Source: an uncultured delta proteobacterium (GTDB lineage: Bacteria; Desulfobacterota; RBG-13-43-22). Taken from it: 64,000 bases of DNA. Under the pieces are notes generated by a model. It was given only the letters and a program-made list of their open reading frames with translations. It was not told the origin of the DNA and did not search any database. The position numbers and the translations under genes are program-made. Position 1 is the stretch's first letter. Every line of letters begins with the position of its first letter. Of this stretch, positions 11,516 through 21,667 are shown piece by piece. Location: the NCBI GenBank assembly GCA_963743305.1, contig CAVUPH010000013.1:1-64000 (forward strand), in the 5' to 3' direction.

Positions 11516-11587
11516 TTGCGGGGGCTGGACTCGAACCAGCGACCTCCAGGTTATGAGCCTGACGAGCTGCCACTGCTCTACCCCGCG
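11516..11587 (-). tRNA. tRNA-fMet (CAT), CCA not encoded
   Basis: CGCGGGGTAGAGCAGTGGCAGCTCGTCAGGCTCATAACCTGGAGGTCGCTGGTTCGAGTCCAGCCCCCGCAA; C1-A72 mismatch typical of initiator tRNA. Confidence 0.95.
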
Positions 11588-11631
11588 TAGGGTCAAACGA
11601 GCCGCTATTGTATCACCCCCACTTAAGCAAG

Positions 11632-12582
11632 TCAAGGATTGAGGAATATTTCCCGGCTGTAAAGATACATCAACCCCCCGATCCGGTCATCATCCTGGCG
11701 CACGACCATGAGCGCCCAGGTCCCCCGCGAAACGGCATACGGCAGATCAACCTGAAAGTGGACAAAGCTGTCATCTTCGGCAGGTGGCACACTCAGCGCT
11801 TGGGAGGCTAAAACCTTGCCATCCCTGCCGATCAATTCGATCACCACCGGCAATTTATTGAAGGGGCGCAGCTCCCCGTCAATGCGTATCGTACCCCCCG
11901 AGATGCGCCGCCCGGCAGCCGGATTGTCGATGATACAGCGTTCCTTGACATTTCCCGGCGCATTGACGATGGACAACCCCTCGGGGAGCAAAATGAGATG
12001 GACCGAATTTACCGCGGTTAACCTTCCATACTGGTCCTGGGTGATCATCGTCAGGCGCCCAAGTTCTCCCGCACCTGCCACATCAAAGGACAGCGTCCCG
12101 TAGAAATATGCCCACTTAAAGGCGGTGTTCAATTGCATCAGCTTTGCCGCCAGCAGGCGCCCGTCTTCCCCAACCAGCGATACCCGCCCCAGGGCGTTGT
12201 AGCCGGGGATGGCGTACCCGTAAATGACCATCGGCGAGACCACTTTCGAAAGGGGTCCTGGATTAAAGAATTGGATCGCTCCCGAGTCAGGCGCCGGTAA
12301 CGGGAGACTGGTGGCGGTGGGTGTCGGCGGCAGGCTGGGAGTCGGGTTTACCGTCGGGTAATCTGTGACGATTGGTTCAATGGTGGGAGTATTTTCGGGC
12401 GTAAGGTAATTTTCCGGAGTAGGGGGGATGGTCGCCGTTTCGGTGGGCAGCGCCGTGGGCCGGTTAGTGGCAGTCGGGACCTGTGTCCCGGTCGGAAGCG
12501 CCTGGGTCGGGATGGCAGTCGCTCGTCCGCAGGCGGTCAGCAAAGCCAGCAGGGCGCAGGTCACGAGGTCACGGCGAAGCAT
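11632..12582 (-). CDS. Lipoprotein with Pro/Thr-rich linker and two Ig-like (Gmad2-like) repeats
   Basis: LLTAC lipobox and PT-rich linker; domain call is tentative. Confidence 0.65.
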   Translation of the reverse strand: MLRRDLVTCALLALLTACGRATAIPTQALPTGTQVPTATNRPTALPTETATIPPTPENYLTPENTPTIEPIVTDYPTVNPTPSLPPTPTATSLPLPAPDSGAIQFFNPGPLSKVVSPMVIYGYAIPGYNALGRVSLVGEDGRLLAAKLMQLNTAFKWAYFYGTLSFDVAGAGELGRLTMITQDQYGRLTAVNSVHLILLPEGLSIVNAPGNVKERCIIDNPAAGRRISGGTIRIDGELRPFNKLPVVIELIGRDGKVLASQALSVPPAEDDSFVHFQVDLPYAVSRGTWALMVVRQDDDRIGGLMYLYSREIFLNP

Positions 12583-12636
12583 GCTGAAATTATAACCGTT
12601 ATCAAGAGACGCTCCGATCGGAGCGTCTCTGCGGTT

Positions 12637-13308
12637 CTAGAGCTGATAGATCTCGCCGTATTTTTTGGTGAGGTAGCGCACGTAGGGAGCCGGGTCGATC
12701 TTCGAACCGGTCACTTTCTGCACCAGTTCCTGTGGCTCGAACTTGCTTCCGTGACGATGCACCTTCTCGCGCAGCCAGCCCAGCAGGGCTTCGAATTTAC
12801 CCTCCCGGATTTGCTCCATCAGGTCCGGGAGATCCTGGTTGATCTTCTCCCATAATTGGACGGAAACCAGGTTGCCGAGGGCATAGGTGGAGAAATACCC
12901 GATCGAGCCGCCGGACCAGTGGATATCCTGCAGAATACCTTTTGCATCGTTGGGCGGGGTCACGCCAAGATATTCCTTCATCTTGGTATTCCACAGGTCG
13001 GGCAGGTCCTTTACCGCCACTTTGCCCTCCAGCATGGCGATTTCCATTTCGAGTCGCAGCATGATGTGCATGTTGTAGGTGGCTTCATCGGCCTCGACCC
13101 GGATCAGCGAAGGCTGGACCTTGTTGATGCCCTTGTAAAATTTTTCCAGCGGCACTCCCGCCAGTTGCGGGAAGACTTCCTTCAGGCGCGGGTAGAAATG
13201 CTCCCAGAATGGGAGCGAACGCCCGACCAGGTTTTCCCACATGCGGCTCTGGCTTTCATGCACTGCCAGGGAGGCACCGCCCTCCAGCCCGGTCCGTTCC
13301 AGTTCGGG
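12637..13308 (-). CDS. Carboxypeptidase M32 (Taq-type), C-terminal part only, cut at a junction
   Basis: HESQSR, LIRVEADE, QDIHW and YFSTYALG motifs. Confidence 0.92.
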   Translation of the reverse strand, partial: PELERTGLEGGASLAVHESQSRMWENLVGRSLPFWEHFYPRLKEVFPQLAGVPLEKFYKGINKVQPSLIRVEADEATYNMHIMLRLEMEIAMLEGKVAVKDLPDLWNTKMKEYLGVTPPNDAKGILQDIHWSGGSIGYFSTYALGNLVSVQLWEKINQDLPDLMEQIREGKFEALLGWLREKVHRHGSKFEPQELVQKVTGSKIDPAPYVRYLTKKYGEIYQL

Positions 13309-13475
13309 GGCTTCAGATACCCGGTAATCATATTGATGAAGGTGGTCTTTCCGGCGCCGTTGGCCCCGATAAGGCCTACCACCGTGTCCTTGGTGATGCT
13401 GGCGGATATATCCACCGCCGCCGTCACGGCGCCGAAATTTTTGCAGAGGCCATGGGCCTCCAGGATGGCGTCCAT
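13309..13475 (-). CDS. ABC ATPase (LivG-like), N-terminal fragment cut at the junction
   Basis: MDAILEAHGLCKNFG..GANGAGKTT..ITGYLKP. Confidence 0.85.
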
Positions 13476-13476
13476 A

Positions 13477-14421
13477 TCACACGCTCCTTTTGGCCGAGGT
13501 AAAAACGGACCAAAGCCCGGAGGGCAGGAAAAAGATAACCAGCAGCAGCGCCGCCCCCAGGACCATCTGCCAGGTGTTGGGGGAATACTCGTAGGCAAAG
13601 CTGCGGATGGCTTCAAAGATCAAGGAACCCAGAAAGGGGGCGGCCACGTGGCCCGTGCCGGCCAAAATGGCGATAAAGACAAACTCCCCGGAGTTGGTCC
13701 AGTAGGACATTTCCGGATCGATATGCCCGACGGTAATGGCCAGCAAGGCCCCGCCCAAGCCGGCCAGCGCGGCGGCGATGACGTATTTGACATGGATGGC
13801 GTTGCGCACCGAAGCCCCCATATACTCTACCCGGATCTCATTGTCCTTGATGGCCGGCGCCAGACGCCCCAGCGATGTTTTCAGATAGGCGTCCATGAGC
13901 AGGGCGACGATTACCAGGGAAACGAGCGACAGGGAGTAAACCCCATAGCGGGTCCAGGGAGTACCGGCCAAATGGAACCCGAACAGGGTGGGGATGGCCA
14001 CATTGAAACCATCGGTGCTTCCCAGCGCCGAAGTTTTGACCAGCAATCCATAGAGGATCATGGACAAGGCCAGGCTGAGCATGGCAAAGAAAATGCTGCG
14101 ATAGTTGGCCAGGAGGAACCCCAGCAGGACGGCTACGATCCCGGCGACCAGGGCCCCGCTGAGTAATAAGAGGGAGCCATCGGTAATCCCGAAGGTGAGA
14201 CCCAGCCACCCGGCCGTGTACCCGCCCAGACAATAATACAAGCCTTGGCCGAAGGATACCAGGCCGGTCCGCAGTAACAGCATCAGCCCCAGGACTACGA
14301 ATCCTTTGGCGGCCGAGATGGTGACTAAAAAGAGCAGCCAGCGGGGGAAGAAGTAGCCCGCGGGAAGCAGCACGATCAGGGCCAGGATCAGTCCCTTGGC
14401 GGTAAAATCGGTTTTTTTCAT
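13477..14421 (-). CDS. Branched-chain amino acid-type ABC permease (LivM-like)
   Basis: TGLVSFGQG, FFAMLSLA and AIKDNE. Confidence 0.9.
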   Translation of the reverse strand: MKKTDFTAKGLILALIVLLPAGYFFPRWLLFLVTISAAKGFVVLGLMLLLRTGLVSFGQGLYYCLGGYTAGWLGLTFGITDGSLLLLSGALVAGIVAVLLGFLLANYRSIFFAMLSLALSMILYGLLVKTSALGSTDGFNVAIPTLFGFHLAGTPWTRYGVYSLSLVSLVIVALLMDAYLKTSLGRLAPAIKDNEIRVEYMGASVRNAIHVKYVIAAALAGLGGALLAITVGHIDPEMSYWTNSGEFVFIAILAGTGHVAAPFLGSLIFEAIRSFAYEYSPNTWQMVLGAALLLVIFFLPSGLWSVFTSAKRSV

Positions 14422-15314
14422 ATCTTGCGGGCCTCCAGGCCTCCAAATAAGCCTTGCGGTCGGAAGATCAGCACCAGGGCCATGACCAGATAGATGCTGA
14501 AAAGTTCGAATTCGGGCAAATAGTGAACCGCCATGGAGCGCACCAGGCCCACGATCAAGGAACCCATGGCGGCGCCGGGCAGGCTGCCCAATCCGCCGAT
14601 GACGACCACGGCGAAGGCCAGGACGATCACCTCGATGCCCATACCGGGGACTACGGATACCGTCGGGGCGGTAGAGGCCCCCCCGATGGCCGCCAGCATG
14701 GCCCCCACGGAAAAGGTTACCAGGTAATAGCGGTTGACGTTGATGCCCATGGCCAGGCTGACTTCCTGGCTGTGGATGACGGCCAAGAGCAGCTTGCCGT
14801 GCCTGGTTCTCTGCAGTGCCCAGGTCAGCCCGACCCCGACGACGACCGCCAAACCCACCAAGACGACACTGTAGACGGGATAGGTCAGGCCGGCGAATTC
14901 CAGGCTCCCCAGCAAGCCGTAGGGTTCGGAAACGAAATAGGGATCGACCCCCCAGACCAGCTTGATGGCGTCTTCCAGAATGAGAAACAAGGCGAAGGTC
15001 ACCAAAAGGAGCAGAACTTCATCCTTCCCGTACATGAAACGGAGGAAACCCCGTTCCACCAGCGGACCCATCACCAGTCCCACCGCCACGGCCGCCAGGG
15101 CCAGCATGGCGTAACTGCCCAGGGGCGCATAGCCCTGCCCGAGCCAGAAGCTGACGGCGGTTGCCGCCGTATAAGCCCCCAGGGCGTAGAGACTGCCGTG
15201 GGCCATGTTCAGGATTTTCAAGACGCCATAAATCAGGGTCAGCCCCGCGGCGATGTTGAACAACCATGAGGAGTACATGATGCCGTCCACCAGGACGGCC
15301 AACCATTCACCCAT
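14418..15314 (-). CDS. Branched-chain amino acid-type ABC permease (LivH-like)
   Basis: AGLTLIYGVLKILNMAHG, VVIGGLGS and RPQGLFG. Confidence 0.92.
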   Translation of the reverse strand: MGEWLAVLVDGIMYSSWLFNIAAGLTLIYGVLKILNMAHGSLYALGAYTAATAVSFWLGQGYAPLGSYAMLALAAVAVGLVMGPLVERGFLRFMYGKDEVLLLLVTFALFLILEDAIKLVWGVDPYFVSEPYGLLGSLEFAGLTYPVYSVVLVGLAVVVGVGLTWALQRTRHGKLLLAVIHSQEVSLAMGINVNRYYLVTFSVGAMLAAIGGASTAPTVSVVPGMGIEVIVLAFAVVVIGGLGSLPGAAMGSLIVGLVRSMAVHYLPEFELFSIYLVMALVLIFRPQGLFGGLEARKI

Positions 15315-15374
15315 TTTATGCTCCCGGGATGACCGGGGCCCTCGAGGGCCCCGGTCCGGATTTGAATGTTCAGG

Positions 15375-16685
15375 TTATTTTTTGCCTTTAAAGCCGGATT
15401 TGATCCAGTCTTCACTTTTTACGCCTTCAGGAGGATTCACCTTCTCCGCCGGATAGCGTTTGATGTTCACGATTTTCAACTGTCCTTTTTCATGTTTGAC
15501 CGTGCCGTAGGCGGTTTCCTGAACGGCCTGGTGTCCCTTGCCCAGGGCCATATTCACTTTACCGCTGGGGGTTTCATAGACCAGGTTCTCCAGGGCGGCG
15601 ATGATCTGATCCTGCGTGGGCGCCTTGCCTCCTGCCGCCCCTTGGGCTTTTTCATAGGCGGCTTTCAGGCCCAGAACGGCCATGACCATTTTATAAGCCG
15701 GGTAGGTGGGCGGGGTGGCATAGCGCTCTTGATAGGCTTTGCGGAACCAGCGGTTCAGTTCGTTGTCGGGAGCGAACACACCATGAGGACCGCGCCCGCC
15801 GATGATGGCGCCATCAGGGATCTGGGTACCCAAGCGGTACATGGCCGTTTCCCCGGCGGTCATGACCACCAGACTTTTCTTAAACAGTCCCCGCGGGGCG
15901 GCCTGAAGGACGAAGGCTTCCAGGTCGCCGCCATAGAAACTGGTGTGGACCACGTCCGAATTGCTGGAGAGCAGCGAAGAGATTTCGGCGCCGTATTGGC
16001 CGGCAAATAATTTGGGCATCTGGGAAACGCCCACTTGCACGCCGGGGAACAAGACTTTCATGGATTCTTCAAAGTCCTTCCAGGAATCCAAACCCCAGGC
16101 GTAATTCTGATTGATCCCGGAGAACTTTTTGACCTTGGGTTTTAAATCGCGCACATAATAGGCCGCGGCCACGTTATCCATGGTGGCATGGGCACCGGTC
16201 CGAAAAACGTATTTATAGCTGGCGTCCTCGAAGATGCGGGGGGTGCCGGCATCAAAAATAACGGTCAGTCTTTTGAGTTCCTCGGCCACCGGGGCGATGG
16301 CGATGGCATCCCCGCTGGAAATATAGCCGATGACCATATCCACGTTCTGTCGCTGCACCAGATTGCGCAGTTCCATCACCTGCTTGGTGGCCCCGCCGGC
16401 CTCATCGATGAACACCACCTCGACGGGCGCTCCTCCAAATCCCTTGGCGGCATAAGGCGCGGCTACTTTGCCGCCGGCGTTCAAAGCCTCGACCAGGACC
16501 TCAGCCCCGTTCCGGGCCGGGACTCCGAAAGGCCCGGCGGCGGCGCCCGAAAGAAAGGTAACGATCCCAATTTTTATCGGTTTTTCCTCGGCCGCCAGGG
16601 AAGAGAGGGTGCTTCCCAGGGAAAGGGTCAGGACTACGAAGGATACAAAAAAAATCAACCCCCACCGTTTACTATTCCGCTTCAT
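15375..16685 (-). CDS. ABC substrate-binding protein (LivK/periplasmic binding protein type 1)
   Basis: Signal peptide, IKIGIVTFLSG, operon context. Confidence 0.9.
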   Translation of the reverse strand: MKRNSKRWGLIFFVSFVVLTLSLGSTLSSLAAEEKPIKIGIVTFLSGAAAGPFGVPARNGAEVLVEALNAGGKVAAPYAAKGFGGAPVEVVFIDEAGGATKQVMELRNLVQRQNVDMVIGYISSGDAIAIAPVAEELKRLTVIFDAGTPRIFEDASYKYVFRTGAHATMDNVAAAYYVRDLKPKVKKFSGINQNYAWGLDSWKDFEESMKVLFPGVQVGVSQMPKLFAGQYGAEISSLLSSNSDVVHTSFYGGDLEAFVLQAAPRGLFKKSLVVMTAGETAMYRLGTQIPDGAIIGGRGPHGVFAPDNELNRWFRKAYQERYATPPTYPAYKMVMAVLGLKAAYEKAQGAAGGKAPTQDQIIAALENLVYETPSGKVNMALGKGHQAVQETAYGTVKHEKGQLKIVNIKRYPAEKVNPPEGVKSEDWIKSGFKGKK

Positions 16686-16988
16686 TGCTTACCTCCTTGG
16701 TTGGATATTAAGTGCGAAGAAATCGGGTTGGTGGCCAACCGGTCACGATCCGGGGTTGGCTGAAAGGGCCGGCAAGATCAGCAGCCGCTATCTCCCCGTT
16801 TAAACCTGCTATGGTCGCGCTGTCGTTCCCCCCTTTCTTTTTTGGACTCCAAGTGCCCGGTAAAGCCCCGGAAGACAGGTCGAATTAGGCTTGGTAGGTT
16901 AATCTTCCCTATCTGGCGGCCATCCAGCCCCAAGGCGAACCATCGAATGATATAACCAAAATATTGTATTTATGCAAATCAATTGCAA

Positions 16989-17276
16989 TTATGCAATCTG
17001 GGAACGCATTAGTCCGTGTTGACGGTTGGTGGCGGCGATGATGCGAAAATCGATGTGCTTGGGTTTGGTCCCGCCCAAGCGGGTAATTTCCTTATACTCC
17101 AGGACGGCCAGATCGTCTGTGGATATGCCCAGCAGTTTTCGGGCCGTCTGATTATAGACCTGGATGAGACCCTGTTCATCGATGAGTACCACCCCGTTGT
17201 AGGCCTTATCGTAAAGGCTGCGGAGTTGGCTCAGGTTCTCCTTCCAGGGGCTTTTTTGCGTTTTTGGACCCATAAG
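16989..17276 (-). pseudogene. Internally deleted sigma-54 activator remnant (PAS start joined to AAA fragment)
   Basis: YNGVVLIDEQGLIQVYNQTA followed directly by EITRLGGTKPKHIDFRIIAATNR. Confidence 0.65.
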
Positions 17277-17522
17277 GCTACCTTTGAGAATCTTTCCTTG
17301 ACAGGGATGAAAAGGTATTGATAAATTTATACAATCTTTAGAGGGTGATAACAAGCTGAAACTATTTCGCTTGCGCCTTTCGGTTCATCATCCGGGCTCA
17401 CGATTTCCGGGGGGGCATCGTTGAGGTCCAGGAAGGGGGGGGGAGAGCAGGGGGGCGCTCCGCCGTCAAATGCTTTGTGTCCTTGAGGGTTTTGTCTCTA
17501 GCCGCGACTAAGGGAGAAGGGG

Positions 17523-19181
17523 ATGTTCAAGAAAAAGAAGGCCGCAGCGGATAAAAAAACACCGTTGGATAAAAAGACCACCGATCTGCTGAAATTGATT
17601 TTTGAAAAAATGCCCCGCAGGCTTGAACTCCTGCTTTTTACCAGCCCCGGTCGGAATGAGCCTTATAGCGAAGCGATCCGGGAGTTTTTCCGGTCGGTCG
17701 GCGATTTGACCGACAAGATCGATTTCAGAGAATACGATTTGACCCACGAACTGGCCGTCCGATACGAGGCTCAGGAATCGCCCACCCTGGTGATAGACCC
17801 CAGCCATATGCGCCTCCGCTGGCTGGGGGCCCCTGTCGGCCAGGAGGCCGCTCCATTTTTGACGGGCCTGGTCATGATCGGTCACCGCAAGGCCAATCTG
17901 GAAACACAGTCCCGGAAGATACTCCAGAGTATCGAGGAACCTCGCCGGATAAAGATATTTGTCAGCCCGACCTGTCCTTATTGCCCCCAGCAGATCATGA
18001 ACGCCCTCAAAGCGGCCGTGGAGCGCCCCGATCTCCTATCTCTGGAGATTATCGAAGTCCCGGCCATGGCCGAATTAGCGGAAAAATATCAGGCTTTCAG
18101 TACACCCACCGTTTATGCCAATGAAAAACTGATCGCCCGGGGGGCTCAATCCGAAGAACTGTTCATGGCCAGTCTGAAGAAGCTGGAAGAAGAGACCATC
18201 TTTATTCCGGACAACGAAGCCGAAGAGATCGAAGTAGATCTGGTGGTGGTCGGTGCCGGTCCGTCCGGCCTCTCGGCTGGGATCTATGCCGCCCGGAGCG
18301 GATTACGAGCGGTAGTCGTGGAGAAAGGTGCTTTGGGGGGGCAGGTGGCCACGACCCCGATAGTCGAAAATTACCCCGGTATTCCTCAGATAGGCGGCAA
18401 GGCCCTGGTGGACATCATGGTCGTTCATGCCCTGGAGTACGCCAATGTTTTTCCAGGGGAAGAGGTCATGGAAATTAAACCGGGCCAGCCCCTGGTGGTG
18501 ACCACCAGCCGCCGACGCTTTCTGACCCGGGCCGTTTTGTTGGCCAGCGGCGCCGTGTATCGACGGCTGGGGGTCCCCGGTGAAGAGCGCTTGTTCGGGC
18601 GGGGGGTCAGCTATTGCAGCACCTGCGACGGACCGCTGTTCAAGAGACGCAAGGCCCTCATGGTGGGCGGAGGGGACAGCGCCGTCACCGAGGCCTTGCA
18701 TCTGCATCAGATCGGGGTCGAAGTAACGCTGGCCCACCGGCGGGAGACCCTGCGGGCGCAGGCCCAACTGCAGAATAGCCTCGAGGCGGCCAAGATCCGG
18801 GTCCTGTTCAATACCGAGATCCGGGAGATCCGGGGGGAGGAACGGGTGAAGGAGGTGGAACTGGTCAATAACCTCAGCGGAACGACGGAGGTGCTGGCCG
18901 TGGACGCCGTCTTCGTGTCCATAGGCTATGTCCCGGCGGTGGAGTTGGCGCGTCGGACCGGAGTAGCCCTCACGGAGGACGGGTATATCCAAAAGGACTC
19001 CCGCCACCGCACCAACATTCCGGGGATTTATTCGGCCGGGGATGTGGAGGGCGGCTATAAACAGATCGTCATCGCCGCCGGTCAGGGATCCGAGGCCGCC
19101 TTAGCCATTTTCGAGGATTTGGTCAATCCGTATTGGGTTGCTAATCAAGATTCGAGATCAGGCAAGGGTATCGAGGCCTGA
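17523..19181 (+). CDS. Thioredoxin reductase with N-terminal thioredoxin/PDO-like domains (AhpF-like fusion)
   Basis: CPYC, GAGPSG, GRGVSYCSTCDG, GGGDSA and TNIPGIYSAGD. Confidence 0.9.
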   Translation: MFKKKKAAADKKTPLDKKTTDLLKLIFEKMPRRLELLLFTSPGRNEPYSEAIREFFRSVGDLTDKIDFREYDLTHELAVRYEAQESPTLVIDPSHMRLRWLGAPVGQEAAPFLTGLVMIGHRKANLETQSRKILQSIEEPRRIKIFVSPTCPYCPQQIMNALKAAVERPDLLSLEIIEVPAMAELAEKYQAFSTPTVYANEKLIARGAQSEELFMASLKKLEEETIFIPDNEAEEIEVDLVVVGAGPSGLSAGIYAARSGLRAVVVEKGALGGQVATTPIVENYPGIPQIGGKALVDIMVVHALEYANVFPGEEVMEIKPGQPLVVTTSRRRFLTRAVLLASGAVYRRLGVPGEERLFGRGVSYCSTCDGPLFKRRKALMVGGGDSAVTEALHLHQIGVEVTLAHRRETLRAQAQLQNSLEAAKIRVLFNTEIREIRGEERVKEVELVNNLSGTTEVLAVDAVFVSIGYVPAVELARRTGVALTEDGYIQKDSRHRTNIPGIYSAGDVEGGYKQIVIAAGQGSEAALAIFEDLVNPYWVANQDSRSGKGIEA

Positions 19182-19227
19182 GCGCGGGGGGCACCCTGTC
19201 AGGCTTGTAGACCCCCAGGCTAAGAAA

Positions 19228-19626
19228 TCACCAGGTAGCATCCACCAGGTGGCGTTTCTCTTCCAGATAATCTTCCAGTTTATCCAACTTCAGGTGGAGA
19301 AAATCCTGGATCTTGATAAAGTTCCCTCTTGCCGCGCCAGGAAGTCCCTGCTCTTTCATTACCCGGCCCTGAAACTCTCCGAGTAGTTTCTTGTCCGGAG
19401 GGATGTAGAAATGGAGAGTCACCCGGGAACCCTCCGGCAGGGGGGAATCCGTTTTCACAAAGAGCCTTCGTTGGCGGCTATTGAGCAGAAAGTCGGCACA
19501 CAGAAAAGGGACGTCGTCGCGGTATTTGATGGCCAGGCAGAGCGGGAAACGAACATCTTTTTTCTTGTTGCAGGGAGTGGTGCACCAATCCGCTTTACCC
19601 TCCTTATCGAGAATATACTTATCCAT
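19228..19626 (-). CDS. PilZ-like domain protein
   Basis: RFPLCL..LFVKTDSPLPEGSRVTLHF. Confidence 0.6.
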   Translation of the reverse strand: MDKYILDKEGKADWCTTPCNKKKDVRFPLCLAIKYRDDVPFLCADFLLNSRQRRLFVKTDSPLPEGSRVTLHFYIPPDKKLLGEFQGRVMKEQGLPGAARGNFIKIQDFLHLKLDKLEDYLEEKRHLVDATW

Positions 19627-21155
19627 GGGTCCCGGAAGGGTTTTCCACGGGTCGGTCTCTTAATTTCTTTTTGATCACCTTGCCTCCGGGGTTCCGGGGC
19701 AACTCCGGCATGAAGAGCACCCGGGCCGGTACCTTGAAATCGGCCAGGTGCTGTCGGCAATATTCCAGGATCTCCTCGACCGTGGCTTCCGTCTCCGGCC
19801 GCAGGACAACGCAGGCCCGGACCACTTCCCCAAAGATGGGATGCGCTTCCGGAACCACCGCGGACTCCAGGACCTTGGGGTGGGAGTTCAGGACCGATTC
19901 CACCTCGATGGAGTAGATGTTTTCCCCGCCCCGGACGATCATATCCTTCATCCGATCCACGATAAAGACATAGCCTTCGTCATCGATGCGGGCCACATCG
20001 CCGGTGTGCAGCCAGCCTTCCTTCAGGGCCTTCTGCGTCGCTTCCGGTTGGTTGAAATAACCTTTGACGATGTTGGGTCCTTTGATGAGTAATTCTCCCG
20101 GATCTCCCGGTCGGACTTCGTTCCCCAAGACATCCATCGCTTTTATTTGGACCCCGGGAACCGGCAAACCTACCGAGGGGGCCTTGCGAATGGCGTCGCA
20201 GGCGGGCAGGACGGTGGTTAGCGAAGAGGATTCGGTCAGGCCGTAGGCGTTGAAAAGTTCCAGGCCCAATCTGTTTTTTAAGGCCCAAATGGTTTCTTTA
20301 TCCATCGGGGCCCCGCCATAGGCCGCCAGGCGCAGGGAACCCAGGTCCCTTTCCGCCAGGGCTTCGTTGATCAGCATGAGGACATACATGGTGGGAACAT
20401 TGAACAAAACGGTGATCTCGGTGGCGCTCAATGGCCTGGATCATCTCGATCGTCTTGTAGGCCTTCAGGATCACGCAGGTTGCGCCCAGGTAGATAAAGG
20501 CCACCAACTGGCTGTTTAACCCGGTTACATGAAAAAGAGGGACCACGATCAGGGTGATGTCCTTCTCGTTATAGGTCAGCATAGCCCCGCAATTTCGGGC
20601 GTTGGTAAAGATATTGCGATGGGTCATCATGGCCCCTTTGGGCAGGCCGGTGGTTCCGGAAGTGTACATGATGGTGGCTACGTCTTCGGGGGTCAAATCC
20701 GGGAAAATGGGTAAGTTCGTAGCTTCCAGGAGATCGCTAAAGTAGAGGGCCCCCGGTCTTCGTTCCGTTCCGGCATATATGAATTCCTTGACCCGTGATA
20801 AATCCGGTCGAATCGCCTGGGAAACATCCCAGAATTGGTAGCCCACCATCAGAACCCCGGCTCCGCAGTCATTCAAGATATAAACCAGATCTTTCCCGGT
20901 CAAACGGTTGTTAAGCGGGACGGCTATGGCCCCCATAGCGGCGCAGGCATAATAGGACACGGCCATTTCAATGCAGTTCGGAAAGAGCAGGGCCACCCGG
21001 TCCCCTTTCCGGACCCCCAGCTTTTGCAGATGGTAGGCCAGAGATAACACCTGTCGTTGCAGTTCCCTATAGGTCAGGGTTTCCTCGTCGCAGAGCAGGG
21101 CGATTTTATTGGGGAGGCGGTCGGCAGTGGCTTCCAACATTTCATAGATCAGCAT
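19619..21155 (-). CDS. Long-chain acyl-CoA synthetase / AMP-binding enzyme (frameshift near 20430)
   Basis: YTSGTTGLPKG, YGLTE, GWLHTGD, RGGENIY and LPRNPGGK. Confidence 0.92.
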
Positions 21156-21177
21156 GATAAATACCTTCAAAAAAGCT

Positions 21178-21665
21178 AAATCCGAAACGAGCACGAAATC
21201 CGAAACAAATTCAAATGATCAAAATTAGAATTACCGAAACAAAAAAGATAAAGGCCCCAGCCGCTATTCACATTTGCGGATGATCGAACCGAAGATGTTG
21301 GTGAGTTCCGTAGTCTCCTGGATTAATTCCATTCGTTCTTTTCGTGAACCCGGTTGCCATTGGCTCAATGAGTTTCAACCAGTATTGGCTCTCCTTGGCT
21401 TCTTTACGACAAATCTTGATTCTCAAAACAAAATCTTTCTTGCTCAAAGACTCGTTTGCTTCGATATAATTGGCTCCAACGGATCCGGAGGATTTAATGA
21501 TTGTTTCCCGTCTTCGATGTTCGACAATGTTTTCGGTAATTGTTTTACAAATTTCCTTACCCTATAGCAAAGAGGAGCGTCCGGTCCTCCAAGTCAAATT
21601 GTTTTGAATTTTGATATTCGGTCATTTGATTTGTTTCGGATTTCGGATTTCGTGCTTCGGATTTG
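21178..21665. repeat. Heptamer-rich imperfect inverted repeats (21178-21240 and 21600-21665) flanking a four-helix-bundle gene
   Basis: AAATCCGAAAC..GCACGAAATCCGAAACAAATTCAAATGA versus TCATTTGATTTGTTTCGGATTTCGGATTTCGTGCTTCGGATTT. Confidence 0.8.
21264..21625 (-). CDS. Four helix bundle protein (23S rRNA IVP / TIGR02436-like), frameshifted; absent from the ORF track
   Basis: Manual translation: MTEYQNSKQFDLEDRTLLFA..KSSGSVGANYIEANESLSKKDFVLRIKICRKEAKESQYWL..ELTNIFGSIIRK. Confidence 0.85.
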
Positions 21666-21667
21666 TC

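Noticed and set aside
13182-13616. ATPase-peptidase fusion protein
   Set aside because: Out-of-frame product of the junction.
12856-14166. 436-aa plus-strand ORF crossing the junction
   Set aside because: Antisense shadow of the M32 and ABC genes in GC-rich DNA.
21274-21567. 97-aa plus-strand ORF
   Set aside because: Antisense to the recognisable four-helix-bundle gene.
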